From the sequence record PV419677.1: DNA of 64,000 nt. One strand, given 5' to 3'. The stretch is from a phage. A program made the position numbers and the translations under genes. This document shows, in pieces, positions 1 to 9,287 of the stretch (position 1 is the stretch's first letter; every line of letters begins with the position of its first letter). Below the pieces are notes generated by a model. It was given only the letters and a program-made list of their open reading frames with translations. It searched no databases and was not told the DNA's origin.

Positions 1-115
1 CTTCTTTATCAGCAAAGAATTTCGGGTCCAAGTCACAGTCATGGAAGTACCATTCATCACCGAACTTGTCCCACGCGGTCCAATTAGTAGCTACATATTC
101 TTCAAAACGTTTCAT
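1..115 (-). CDS. hypothetical protein, N-terminal part (gene runs off window start)
   Basis: ATG at 115..113 overlaps the stop of the upstream ORF; reads MKRFEEYVATNWTAWDKFGDEWYFHDCDLDPKFFADKE to position 1. Confidence 0.4.
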   Translation of the reverse strand, partial: MKRFEEYVATNWTAWDKFGDEWYFHDCDLDPKFFADKE

Positions 116-351
116 TCTTTCACCTTCATCATTTTTGCAATGGTACTATGAATAGTCTGGATTCTTTTGTTGAATTCAGAGCTTTCGAGGCCAGGATTGG
201 TGCTTAACCAACCGATAATAACAAACAGTAAACCAAACGGGATAGCCAGAATAAGCAGACAAACGATGAACAACACAAGCATTATGTTTGCCAGAATATC
301 TGCTGTAGCATTACGAAATTTATTCATATTTACCCTTAATTGATTAACCAA
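112..351 (-). CDS. small hydrophobic membrane protein (TTG start at 351 or ATG at 327)
   Basis: ORF track; hydrophobic core LVLFIVCLLILAIPFGLLFVIIGWL. Confidence 0.45.
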   Translation of the reverse strand: MVNQLRVNMNKFRNATADILANIMLVLFIVCLLILAIPFGLLFVIIGWLSTNPGLESSEFNKRIQTIHSTIAKMMKVKE

Positions 352-441
352 GCATTGATAAACACTAAACTATACTGCGAATAAAATTCTGGACCAAAAT
401 GAAAAATCATATCATTTATAGTATCCATAATGTAATTCAAT

Positions 442-912
442 TTAATCATGTTTCCACACCCCATCGGTATTTGACCAAAGTCGCTGATTATCTGACCCTC
501 GCCACAGTTTTTTGGTCGGAAGATTTTTCTCATACTTCCCATCAATAATAACATCAACATATTTAAGCATTTCTAGTTGTTTAATATCTTCAAACTTATA
601 TCCTGTCCACAACCAAATGCTTTTATTGGGATAAAGATTTTTAATAGTTTGAACCACAGAGTGAATAACATCTCGGTTATCAGGATAGAGAGGGTCTCCT
701 CCGGTTATAGTTAATCCTTCTATATAATCATTATTCAAACATTCAATTAATTGTTCTAGTGTTTCGCCAGTGAATGGAATACCATTTCTAGCGTTCCATG
801 TTGATTTATTATAACACCCTTCGCATTTATGCAAACAACCTGTAACGAAAAGAACGACCCTGCATCCAGGGCCATTCACAAAATCGCAAGGATAAAATCT
901 ATCATAATTCAT
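442..912 (-). CDS. nrdG: anaerobic ribonucleotide reductase activase (radical SAM)
   Basis: 156 aa; CLHKCEGC Cys cluster; sits downstream of nrdD as in T4. Confidence 0.9.
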   Translation of the reverse strand: MNYDRFYPCDFVNGPGCRVVLFVTGCLHKCEGCYNKSTWNARNGIPFTGETLEQLIECLNNDYIEGLTITGGDPLYPDNRDVIHSVVQTIKNLYPNKSIWLWTGYKFEDIKQLEMLKYVDVIIDGKYEKNLPTKKLWRGSDNQRLWSNTDGVWKHD

Positions 913-2726
913 TGGTGTTTAACCCTATGCATGATTTCTTTATTTTTGCCGAGATTAAATCCGCGTTCGTTCGGATTTCCCAAATAACCACAAGTTCTTC
1001 TTATTGTGTTCATCTTTTTAGGATCAGTTTCTCCACAAATAGAACAAACAAATCCGTTTTCAGTAGGAGTCATTTCATGGGTACTTCCACACGTAAAACA
1101 TTTATCTACTGGCATATTAACACCAAAATAATCTAAATGTTGTGCAGCATAATCCCATACAGCCTCAAGACCTTTTAAGTTATTTTTCATATCAGGAAGT
1201 TCAACATAAGAAATGTGACCACCTGTTGCAATGAAATGATATGGTGCTTCGCGAGAAATCTTTTCAAACGGGGTGATATTTTCTTCTACTGAAATATGGA
1301 AACTATTAGTGTACCAGCCTTTATCAGTAACATCCTTTACATTTCCATATTTTTCAGTATCAAGTTTACAGAAGCGATAACAAAGGTTTTCAGCAGGTGT
1401 AGAATACAAACTAAAAGCAAAACCGGTTCTTTCAGTCCACTGCTTAAGACGAGCATTCATTTTAGTTAAAATTTCTTGCCCAATATCACGACCGGCAAGA
1501 ATATTCAATTCGTGAATACCAATGTATCCCAAAGACACTGAACTTCTACCGTTTTTAAATAACTCAATTATATCATCATCAGGTTTAAGACGAACCCCGA
1601 ACGCACCTTCTTGGTAAAGAATAGGAGCAACAGTCGCTTTAACTCCTTTTAAAGAACTAATTCTACACATCAAAGCTTCAAAACATAAATCCATTCGCTC
1701 ATTGAACAATTCGATAAATTTCTGTTCATTGAACTGTGTTCCAATATAAGAATCTAATGCAATACGAGGAAGATTCAGTGTTACAACACCAAGATTATTA
1801 CGTCCATCAAGAATTTCATTACCAGTCGAATCTTTCCATACGCCCAAGAAACTACGACAACCCATTGGAGAAACAGGAATAGATGAACCGGTGATAGCTT
1901 TATTATTCTTAACTGAAATAATATCAGGATACATTCTTTTGCTTGCACACTCTAGAGCAAGCTGCTTAATATCATAGTTCGGGTCGTCTTTATAAAGATT
2001 AACACCTTCTTCAACGAACATAACAAGTTTAGGGAAAATAGGAGTTATCCCATCGCGACCAAGACCTTTGATACGATTTTTCAGAATTGCTTTCTGAATC
2101 ATTCGTTCAGTCCAGTCAGTTCCCGTACCAAATGTAATGGTTACAAAAGGCGTTTGTCCGTTTGAACTAAAGAGAGTATTTACTTCGTATTCATAAGCTT
2201 GGAATGCATCGTATACGTCTTTTTCTGTTTTAGATTGGGCATAATTCAATGCATCAGTGATTTGCCATTTTTCTGCGTCTTCAATATGTTTTGCGTATGT
2301 ACGTTTAACATAAGGAGAAAATACTTTATCTACATTCGCAAAAGTCGTTCCGCCATATTGATGGGAAGCAACCTGTGCAGTAATTTGTGCCATAATTGCA
2401 GTAGCAACACTGATTGATTTAGGAGTTTCAATCTGTGCATTACCGAGCTTAAACCCGTTCTCAAGCATTCCTTTTAAATCTACTAAACAACAATTAGTAA
2501 ATGGAAGAGCAGGGGAATAATCAATATCATGGAAATGGATAATTCCGCTTTCATGCGCTTTCATAATAAAAGATGGGACCATATTTTTGGCAATGTGTTT
2601 AGACACAATACCAGCCATAAGGTCACGTTGAGTTGGAAAAACACGAGAATCTTTATTAGCATTCTCGTTTAAAAGGTCTTTATTAGTTTTATGAATCAAT
2701 CCTTCAATTTCGTTTTCAATTGTCAT
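909..2726 (-). CDS. nrdD: anaerobic ribonucleoside-triphosphate reductase
   Basis: 605 aa; C-terminal glycyl-radical motif RRTCGYLG and Cys-rich zinc site; uninterrupted ORF. Confidence 0.95.
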   Translation of the reverse strand: MTIENEIEGLIHKTNKDLLNENANKDSRVFPTQRDLMAGIVSKHIAKNMVPSFIMKAHESGIIHFHDIDYSPALPFTNCCLVDLKGMLENGFKLGNAQIETPKSISVATAIMAQITAQVASHQYGGTTFANVDKVFSPYVKRTYAKHIEDAEKWQITDALNYAQSKTEKDVYDAFQAYEYEVNTLFSSNGQTPFVTITFGTGTDWTERMIQKAILKNRIKGLGRDGITPIFPKLVMFVEEGVNLYKDDPNYDIKQLALECASKRMYPDIISVKNNKAITGSSIPVSPMGCRSFLGVWKDSTGNEILDGRNNLGVVTLNLPRIALDSYIGTQFNEQKFIELFNERMDLCFEALMCRISSLKGVKATVAPILYQEGAFGVRLKPDDDIIELFKNGRSSVSLGYIGIHELNILAGRDIGQEILTKMNARLKQWTERTGFAFSLYSTPAENLCYRFCKLDTEKYGNVKDVTDKGWYTNSFHISVEENITPFEKISREAPYHFIATGGHISYVELPDMKNNLKGLEAVWDYAAQHLDYFGVNMPVDKCFTCGSTHEMTPTENGFVCSICGETDPKKMNTIRRTCGYLGNPNERGFNLGKNKEIMHRVKHQ

Positions 2727-3196
2727 TTTAAACTCTTTCTAAGCTGCTTCTTAAATGAAGCCATTAATTGTGTTTTGGTGTCAGATTCATTATAAGTCAT
2801 ACCATTCAAAAGCATTTCCCGAATCATTTCTTCTTTTCCCAGACGACCGAACTCTTTGGCTTTGTCTGTTACAAAATTGGGGTGAATATTGTTTTCGGTA
2901 TAATCAGATTTCAGATAGACAAGCAAACTCTCTAACCATTCCAGGTAGTCAACATCACGACCTTTCAGACCCGAGCGGCTGAACTTATGCTTCATTTGCC
3001 CTTCTGTCCCATTGCACAGATTGCATAGTAACCCGCGAACCTTACCAGCTTTTGGCCCGTTCAATTCGTGGTCATGGTCAAGATGATTGGCCTGAACATC
3101 GGAGTCCAAATCACGGTGGCAAATTGGACACTTACCAGCTTGTGCATCATAAAGTTTTTGTTTTTCTTCTTTGTATAATTTGCCAGTCAACAACAT
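2723..3196 (-). CDS. 49: endonuclease VII (Holliday junction resolvase)
   Basis: 157 aa; MLLTGKLYKEEKQK N-terminus and CPICHRDL..HLDHDHELNGPKAGKVRGLLCNLCN match T4 gp49 as recalled. Confidence 0.9.
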   Translation of the reverse strand: MLLTGKLYKEEKQKLYDAQAGKCPICHRDLDSDVQANHLDHDHELNGPKAGKVRGLLCNLCNGTEGQMKHKFSRSGLKGRDVDYLEWLESLLVYLKSDYTENNIHPNFVTDKAKEFGRLGKEEMIREMLLNGMTYNESDTKTQLMASFKKQLRKSLK

Positions 3197-3231
3197 AATA
3201 AACCCTTACCATTATTAGATAAGGGTATTTA
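3197..3231 (-). promoter_or_regulatory. hairpin covering the gene 49 ribosome-binding site
   Basis: inverted repeat cccttac..ataaggg immediately 5' of the gene 49 ATG. Confidence 0.4.
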
Positions 3232-3465
3232 TTATTTTTCGAATGTACTATAAAACGAGCGATGCAATCGTTTAAATTGACGAATCATCTTTTTGGTAGG
3301 TCGAGTATACAATCCTACACAGGTGGCCATAAACTGGTCGGTAGGACTTCCTTTGATAAGAAGTTTCCAGACCTTAGTGCCATTTAGTTTTTCAGTATAA
3401 ATCAGTTCAGTTTTCATAGTAAAACCCAAACTCCATATCGATGAAATCATTGTTTGAAGGTTCAT
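3232..3465 (-). CDS. hypothetical protein
   Basis: ORF track, 77 aa, basic; between nrdC-side genes and gene 49. Confidence 0.4.
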   Translation of the reverse strand: MNLQTMISSIWSLGFTMKTELIYTEKLNGTKVWKLLIKGSPTDQFMATCVGLYTRPTKKMIRQFKRLHRSFYSTFEK

Positions 3466-3539
3466 TATACTCTATTTCGGAATCGTTGTAAACAGGTTCC
3501 TCTGGCTCGGTAGTTTTCCACCGAGCGACATACCATGGC

Positions 3540-3848
3540 TTAACGGTCACACCACCAACTACTTACTTCAAAATCAGGTTCACCGTGTTCCCAGTACCAA
3601 GGACCGACTGGGTGCCAATCGCCATGTTCATCTTCTTCGTATTCTTCAGATTCGAGCCCAACGTATTGCCATTGGACTTCATAAGCAGTGCCACCGATTA
3701 CAACAGTGTTCTCGCCATATGGATGGGCTACAGCAAAGTCTATACCTTCTGCTTTGGCTAACCAAACCATATATTCGTATAGCTTATATTCCAGGTCATC
3801 TTCGGTGCCATCACCTAGAAAAATGGTTTGTTCGTTTAATTCAATCAT
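3540..3848 (-). CDS. hypothetical acidic protein
   Basis: ORF track, 102 aa, Trp/Glu-rich. Confidence 0.5.
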   Translation of the reverse strand: MIELNEQTIFLGDGTEDDLEYKLYEYMVWLAKAEGIDFAVAHPYGENTVVIGGTAYEVQWQYVGLESEEYEEDEHGDWHPVGPWYWEHGEPDFEVSSWWCDR

Positions 3849-4033
3849 AATTCCACCATAAATTCAAATAGCTGGTCACGTACACAAGTATCAGTCCAAC
3901 CCCATTTGTTGGCTTCTTCTTTTAACCAATCCGGGAGATTTGTCAATACGGTTTCTTTACTAGGCGCGGGAGTATCAAACTCTCTCGTCAACTCTCTTGC
4001 GCAGGTTTTATAGGCCATATCAAATTCAGTCAT
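3845..4033 (-). CDS. hypothetical protein
   Basis: ORF track, 62 aa, start overlaps downstream gene. Confidence 0.4.
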   Translation of the reverse strand: MTEFDMAYKTCARELTREFDTPAPSKETVLTNLPDWLKEEANKWGWTDTCVRDQLFEFMVEL

Positions 4034-4187
4034 TTAAAGTTCCAGAATGAAGCACCAACCAGAAATAAAGGCCAACAAATCATAGATGTCAGCCACCAAC
4101 AAAAGTCACCGGAGTCATCCAATTTAGCTAGGGTCTTAGCATAACCAATACCGATGATAAGATACAAAACAACCAACGATAATTCAA

Positions 4188-4451
4188 TCATTTGAAGTAT
4201 GCTCGCAGTTGGTCGAAGCCACCAATATGACTTCCGTCGGGGGCAAATACTTGCGGCATGGTCAAACCAATTTGGGATTCGCGGCCAAGCGCAGCCAGGA
4301 GTTGGGCAATCTTCTCATCATCAAACACACCTTTTTCTGGCATAACGTTGATGAACTCGTAAGGTTGTTTTTTAACATCCAAAAAACGTTTTGCATTATC
4401 GCAGAATACACAGCGATGAATAGATGAATCATAACCATATACTTTAAACAT
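4188..4451 (-). CDS. nrdC: glutaredoxin/thioredoxin
   Basis: 87 aa; MFKVYGYDS..CVFC active site..GLTMPQVFAPDGSHIGGFDQL match T4 NrdC as recalled. Confidence 0.9.
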   Translation of the reverse strand: MFKVYGYDSSIHRCVFCDNAKRFLDVKKQPYEFINVMPEKGVFDDEKIAQLLAALGRESQIGLTMPQVFAPDGSHIGGFDQLRAYFK

Positions 4452-4452
4452 A

Positions 4453-4710
4453 TTATTCCTTAATTCCTAATACTTGTTTGAAGGTCTCAGTATAATCGGG
4501 GTATTGACCGGTTTGTTCTTTATGTTTGACCATAATACCATAAACTCCTGAACGCATATTATTATATGAACGAGTTAAAGCAGATTTCAATACTGAATAA
4601 CTATCCGGAAGTTTACCGTGTTCTTTATAATAGGCCAGAGTTAATTCACGGACCGCCTTATCAGCAGTCTCAAGATATTCTTTACGCTTTGCCATTTTCG
4701 TCTCGCTCAA
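4453..4710 (-). CDS. hypothetical protein
   Basis: ORF track, 85 aa. Confidence 0.5.
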   Translation of the reverse strand: MSETKMAKRKEYLETADKAVRELTLAYYKEHGKLPDSYSVLKSALTRSYNNMRSGVYGIMVKHKEQTGQYPDYTETFKQVLGIKE

Positions 4711-5026
4711 ATTTGTGTTTACAATGTCTGCATTTGTAACGAAGAGTACTAGTCTGCCAATGGACTAACTGGACCTGTTCAGTTCCGCATTCTGGACAGT
4801 TAGGAACGCTCTTAGAAGCACGTTCACGGCGGCGAACCATAGCCATTACCATATCCCAATCAGGAACCTGACTATAATCATCACAGCCATGAATCTTTCC
4901 TAACTGCACAAGGTCAACGCCCTCAGCGTTTTCAATAAATTTTAAAAGACCTTTATTAAACCCCGCCCCGGGTGTCCATTCTGGAAATGCAGTTTCTGCA
5001 ATATCTTCAGCTAAACGTTGTTTCAT
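4682..5026 (-). CDS. zinc-ribbon protein
   Basis: 114 aa; [13 protein letters not shown] four-Cys pattern. Confidence 0.5.
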   Translation of the reverse strand: MKQRLAEDIAETAFPEWTPGAGFNKGLLKFIENAEGVDLVQLGKIHGCDDYSQVPDWDMVMAMVRRRERASKSVPNCPECGTEQVQLVHWQTSTLRYKCRHCKHKFERDENGKA

Positions 5027-6012
5027 TTCAGCAGCTCCAGAGCCTGTTCCAGTTTATCCAGACGATTAGTTGATTCTTCCCAAAATCGCTTGGCTTTGGT
5101 ATAGTCTTCAGTTGCCTTTTTATTAACAGCAAGAGCTTTATTATACGCTGTTTCCAGGGCAACAATTTCAGGCGCTTTTTGTTCCACTGACTCATTATTC
5201 AGATTATCAATCAGGTCTTCAAGGGTGGTTTCTTGCGGAGCGTTCATAATTTCCTCACTTTTCTTTTTATGGATTTCTGCAATAGTTGGTTGCTTTGCAC
5301 ATTTAACTTCACGCAATGTCACCACAATTTTCCAACCTTTCCAACCATGAGTACTGGTGATAGGGTCTACTTTAATTTTTTCAACAGTGCGCATATAATT
5401 AAGGGCACACTGCAGCTGATGAACAAGAACACATGCAACATCAAGATACTTTTTGACATTTTCTGGGGTAGCCACCGGCGTAAAGAATTCATACTTAACT
5501 GCAATAATTACCTGGTTTTCACCAGACTCTTTAACATTTATCATGTGCTCAGCCAAATGGGAGATAGTGCGAAAATCACCGCCCATCAATTTTGTCGCTG
5601 ATTTTATGATAGACATTTTGTTATCTCTGAATTCACGAGCCCAACAATTTGCGAATTCAGAAACAGTATAGCCTTGCTTATCAAGGTAGTATTTTTCAAC
5701 ATCACCAAACCAATGATATCCAATTGTACCTTTACCGCGTCTGGATTCAACGCCAAACTTATTAAGAAGGTCTTTATTAACCAGGTATGCCAGGACTCGG
5801 GAACCTTTAAAAGTTTTCTTGATATCATCATTACCGGCACGACTCGCAATAGTTGCAATGTCTTTCTTGAAGCGACCAGATGCAACAATCGTCGAGTCAA
5901 TCTGATTTAACCAGTAATTGATAATTAAAAGGATAGCCGATTCGCCTATCAATGGTTTTACTTTTGTGTCGATAGTTGCGTTAAAGGCCTGGATATATTC
6001 ATTACGTGTCAT
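5023..6012 (-). CDS. hypothetical protein with C-terminal coiled coil
   Basis: ORF track, 329 aa. Confidence 0.6.
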   Translation of the reverse strand: MTRNEYIQAFNATIDTKVKPLIGESAILLIINYWLNQIDSTIVASGRFKKDIATIASRAGNDDIKKTFKGSRVLAYLVNKDLLNKFGVESRRGKGTIGYHWFGDVEKYYLDKQGYTVSEFANCWAREFRDNKMSIIKSATKLMGGDFRTISHLAEHMINVKESGENQVIIAVKYEFFTPVATPENVKKYLDVACVLVHQLQCALNYMRTVEKIKVDPITSTHGWKGWKIVVTLREVKCAKQPTIAEIHKKKSEEIMNAPQETTLEDLIDNLNNESVEQKAPEIVALETAYNKALAVNKKATEDYTKAKRFWEESTNRLDKLEQALELLK

Positions 6013-6070
6013 AGTGTTCTCCTCATAAAGTAGGAATTCATTATACTCCCTCCATCCTTGGAAGTAAACA

Positions 6071-6976
6071 TTATTTTAATGCTAAAATCGCCGCCTGCAA
6101 TTTATTGCGTTGCGTTTCCATATTCTTGATGCGATTCAGAACATCCTGAATACCCTTTTTCTCATCTTCAATCAGACCGTTTAAGCGGTTGACTGATTCC
6201 TGGATAGCATCAGCATGATAACTCTCAATAGGCTTCATTGGTGGGTTAAAGATTTCAAGAGAGCTATCCGGTTGGACTTTCCATTTGTACATGTTTTTAA
6301 CGTCCACTGGCGAAATTTTAGCCTGGTCGTAAGATTTAAACTGACCTGTAACTGCTGGGTTATATGTCGCAGTAGGGATATGTTCTGCCATTTCTGGTTC
6401 CTTTTTCTCTTGATAAGGTGCATAAGACAAAAGATATTCTTTAGTTAATTTAATATCAATGACTATAGTTTTAAGGAATTTTTCCGTTTGGTGGATATAA
6501 TTTGTATCTTCTTCAAACGTGTATGCTTCAACAGCATGGCGCATATAAAACAGCGCGATACCCATAACCTCTTTAAAGGTATCACAAAGAACAACGTCGC
6601 CCTTGGTGGTTGGTTTGAACTTAATCTGTATACCATCATTCTTGATATTGATAATCAAGTTACTGGAGTTAAAATTATAGTTCTTGATGTTAACCGGAGC
6701 TTTACGAATACGAAGTCCAGCTGCCAGGATTTCCTTGATGCTCTTACGAACTGTGGCACCAAACAAAAACGCCGGGCGGCGGCAGTAATCATTCAGAGAG
6801 TTAATTCTTACAATACGTTGTCCATACCCCTGGGTGGCAGAACCTGATTTGATTTTGCCAAAGTTGACCAGAGAATTCATCGCGATAAGACGGGTTGCAC
6901 GTCCTTCACGCTGTTCAAATCGAGAATATTCTTTACGTGTTTTAATGTTCATATCAAAGTCCAAATAATTTTTCAT
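6071..6976 (-). CDS. hypothetical protein
   Basis: ORF track, 301 aa. Confidence 0.6.
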   Translation of the reverse strand: MKNYLDFDMNIKTRKEYSRFEQREGRATRLIAMNSLVNFGKIKSGSATQGYGQRIVRINSLNDYCRRPAFLFGATVRKSIKEILAAGLRIRKAPVNIKNYNFNSSNLIINIKNDGIQIKFKPTTKGDVVLCDTFKEVMGIALFYMRHAVEAYTFEEDTNYIHQTEKFLKTIVIDIKLTKEYLLSYAPYQEKKEPEMAEHIPTATYNPAVTGQFKSYDQAKISPVDVKNMYKWKVQPDSSLEIFNPPMKPIESYHADAIQESVNRLNGLIEDEKKGIQDVLNRIKNMETQRNKLQAAILALK

Positions 6977-7154
6977 AGAGTTTAGCTAAAGGCCAAGTCA
7001 CAATAGAAACTATTCCAAATAAAGCAAGCACCGGCCAAATAAAGGTAGCGAATACTGCTTCGCCACCTGAGCTAATTTCCATATGATTTCGACCAATCAG
7101 AACAGTAATAAATCCTATCACGAGATAAGCAAGAATAAAACCAATAATTTCCAT
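6954..7154 (-). CDS. small two-helix membrane protein
   Basis: 66 aa, two hydrophobic segments. Confidence 0.5.
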   Translation of the reverse strand: MEIIGFILAYLVIGFITVLIGRNHMEISSGGEAVFATFIWPVLALFGIVSIVTWPLAKLYEKLFGL

Positions 7155-7156
7155 GA

Positions 7157-8002
7157 TTAATCCTTAAGAAGATTTAAGATATCGATATATTTCTGACGTT
7201 CAGCCTTGGCCTTAGCATTCAGACCAGAGAGTCGGAAAATCTCATCATCTTGTTGTTGAATTGTAACATTCAAGCAAGTAAGCAAATTGCTAAAATACTC
7301 GATTTGAGCTTGATGTTTCTCATTGCTGCGCACTGGAACAGGTTCCATTTTAGGAGCTTGCTCTGAAGGCTCCTCAGCCTGGTCTTTAATTTTATAAAGT
7401 TTAATACGCTGACCCACTCCAGTTTCGGCATCACCAAAACTAAGAACGCCGTGCTGTTCTAATTCAGACAGGGCCAAGCGGAGATGGAACTTCCAGTTGT
7501 CATATTGACAACCACTAAAAGTTGAAATGGTATACTCATTTTCATTTCCGGGGTGGTTAACAATATTAAAGATAATCCAATCACCTGAACCGTTAGTCTT
7601 AAATGTCATTTGTTTATCAAGACCTTTTGCAAGACGAGCACCAAGGGCCAGTAGACGACGTTGATTAGTATTAAGGTCTTTAACAACTTCGCCAAATGAC
7701 ATCGCCGGGATTAAACGACCATAAAGGTCGTAGCCTTTGTTATAATTTTTAAGAATAATTTTGGCATTAGCACGAGACAACATACCTGTTTTACGAAGAG
7801 TTTTCATGACTCGGTCTTCTAAGGTAAACGAACCTTTAGTCTTGTCAAAGATTTTAGTGAAGTCATCTTTAACAGTACAAACATTGAACTTGTCCCACAT
7901 CATATATAGGACCTTTTCAACCACTTCTTTAGTGCTTGGAATACTGTTAAATTTAACAACTTTTTTAACTTCAGAACGAATTTCATTAATTGCTTGTGAC
8001 AT
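7157..8002 (-). CDS. hypothetical protein
   Basis: ORF track, 281 aa. Confidence 0.6.
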   Translation of the reverse strand: MSQAINEIRSEVKKVVKFNSIPSTKEVVEKVLYMMWDKFNVCTVKDDFTKIFDKTKGSFTLEDRVMKTLRKTGMLSRANAKIILKNYNKGYDLYGRLIPAMSFGEVVKDLNTNQRRLLALGARLAKGLDKQMTFKTNGSGDWIIFNIVNHPGNENEYTISTFSGCQYDNWKFHLRLALSELEQHGVLSFGDAETGVGQRIKLYKIKDQAEEPSEQAPKMEPVPVRSNEKHQAQIEYFSNLLTCLNVTIQQQDDEIFRLSGLNAKAKAERQKYIDILNLLKD

Positions 8003-8065
8003 AATAATTTCCTCAATAGATTAATCAAAGGTCAGAACCATTATACCATCCTTGGTATAAAGCGT

Positions 8066-8590
8066 TTATGCGAGAACCGTCTTTAAACGCTCTTCAAACT
8101 TCTGAAGGAGTACCTGGCGCTCTGCTCTTTGTTTGGTATAGGTTTCAATACGCTCTGAAGTGAGATTGTATTGTTCATTAACTGATTCCCTCATGAATTC
8201 AGGAATCTCTTTACATGCTTTGATTTCATTGAACTTATCAAGCACCGCTTGTTGTTCAGCAATCAGACCATCATAATATTGGATATCTGATTTGATGTTT
8301 TGTACATCAGATTCAGTTGGCATGTTTTTCTTCGCTCTTGCTGCTTGATACTCAGCATTAGTCTCTCTTGACCAGAATAAAGAACGGTTTTTATTGGTGT
8401 TTTTATACACATCAACAATACCAACTGAATCAACAGTCACAATCCAGTTCCAGGCGTTTTTATAAGTTTGACCACCTGATACTGTAATCTCACCAGCACA
8501 AGCAACATCATTAAAGAACTTGCTTTGTGCTTCTGATTTAAAATTACCATTATTGTAATTAATCAGGTTAAAGATTGATTTGGCTTCCAT
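8066..8590 (-). CDS. hypothetical protein (start MEAKS at 8590)
   Basis: the longer track ORF reads through the promoter/leader repeat; ATG at 8590 follows it. Confidence 0.55.
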   Translation of the reverse strand: MEAKSIFNLINYNNGNFKSEAQSKFFNDVACAGEITVSGGQTYKNAWNWIVTVDSVGIVDVYKNTNKNRSLFWSRETNAEYQAARAKKNMPTESDVQNIKSDIQYYDGLIAEQQAVLDKFNEIKACKEIPEFMRESVNEQYNLTSERIETYTKQRAERQVLLQKFEERLKTVLA

Positions 8591-8626
8591 TTTATTCTCC
8601 AGTATTTGGTAACTCAGTATGGGAAC

Positions 8627-8656
8627 ATTATACGCCCATCCCCATACCATGTACAC
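8627..8656 (-). promoter_or_regulatory. sigma70-like early promoter (-35 GTGTAC, -10 GTATAAT)
   Basis: plus-strand gtacac and attatac about 17 bp apart, followed by the conserved CCATACTGAGTTACC leader. Confidence 0.45.
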
Positions 8657-8658
8657 AT

Positions 8659-8961
8659 TTAATTAAAAGTTCTTTCAGTATTTTCACCACTGAACCAGAC
8701 GCTCTTAACGGCTTGCTGGGCGCGATGGAGCTGCTCTGCCATATAAACACCAAGGGCCTCAGCTTTACGCGTTCTGTGAGCTTCTGCGGCGACCATTTGC
8801 AGCTTATCCATCATGATAAGAGCTTTGCATTTCTCCTTCAGAGCATATCGCTTCTTCTCTTCTGGAGTTTTGACCATTCCTCTTAACTTGTGCATTTTCA
8901 ACTTAAAATGGTCAGCAGATTTCAGACATGCCTCAATCATGTCAAGTTCATACTTTTTCAT
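8659..8961 (-). CDS. hypothetical protein
   Basis: ORF track, 100 aa, basic. Confidence 0.5.
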   Translation of the reverse strand: MKKYELDMIEACLKSADHFKLKMHKLRGMVKTPEEKKRYALKEKCKALIMMDKLQMVAAEAHRTRKAEALGVYMAEQLHRAQQAVKSVWFSGENTERTFN

Positions 8962-8967
8962 AATTCC

Positions 8968-9174
8968 TCACTTGCGACGACGTTTTGGTAATGGTTTAGG
9001 GAAGAACATTGCTTTACCGGCAGGGGTCAAAGTCACACGCAAAGCATTACCAATACCAAGGGATGCTTTAACCAGACCTTTGGCTTTTAACTCACCAAAT
9101 GCTTGACGTTGTTCAGGGTCACGAGTGTTAACCATCAGACCTTTTTCACCAGCAGCTTTGATTAATTCTAACAT
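8968..9174 (-). CDS. small basic protein
   Basis: 68 aa, KR-rich C-terminal tail; preceded by repeat promoter/leader. Confidence 0.5.
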   Translation of the reverse strand: MLELIKAAGEKGLMVNTRDPEQRQAFGELKAKGLVKASLGIGNALRVTLTPAGKAMFFPKPLPKRRRK

Positions 9175-9215
9175 TTTATTCTCCGTTTGTTTATTTGGTA
9201 ACTCAGTATGGAATC

Positions 9216-9245
9216 ATTATGCATCATGACCATCTGGTTGTACAC
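9216..9245 (-). promoter_or_regulatory. sigma70-like early promoter (-35 GTGTAC, -10 CATAAT)
   Basis: repeat cassette; followed by CCATACTGAGTTACC leader. Confidence 0.45.
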
Positions 9246-9254
9246 TACTTTTTA

Positions 9255-9280
9255 AAATAAAAAAGGACCCCGAAGGGTCC
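9255..9280 (-). terminator. intrinsic terminator
   Basis: GGACCC-TTCG-GGGTCC hairpin followed by a U-run on the minus strand, just 3' of the ORF ending at 9288. Confidence 0.6.
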
Positions 9281-9287
9281 TTAGAAT

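Noticed and set aside
5233-5910. Several 70-120 aa plus-strand ORFs
   Set aside because: All antisense to the 329 aa minus-strand gene at 5023-6012 and lacking ribosome-binding sites.
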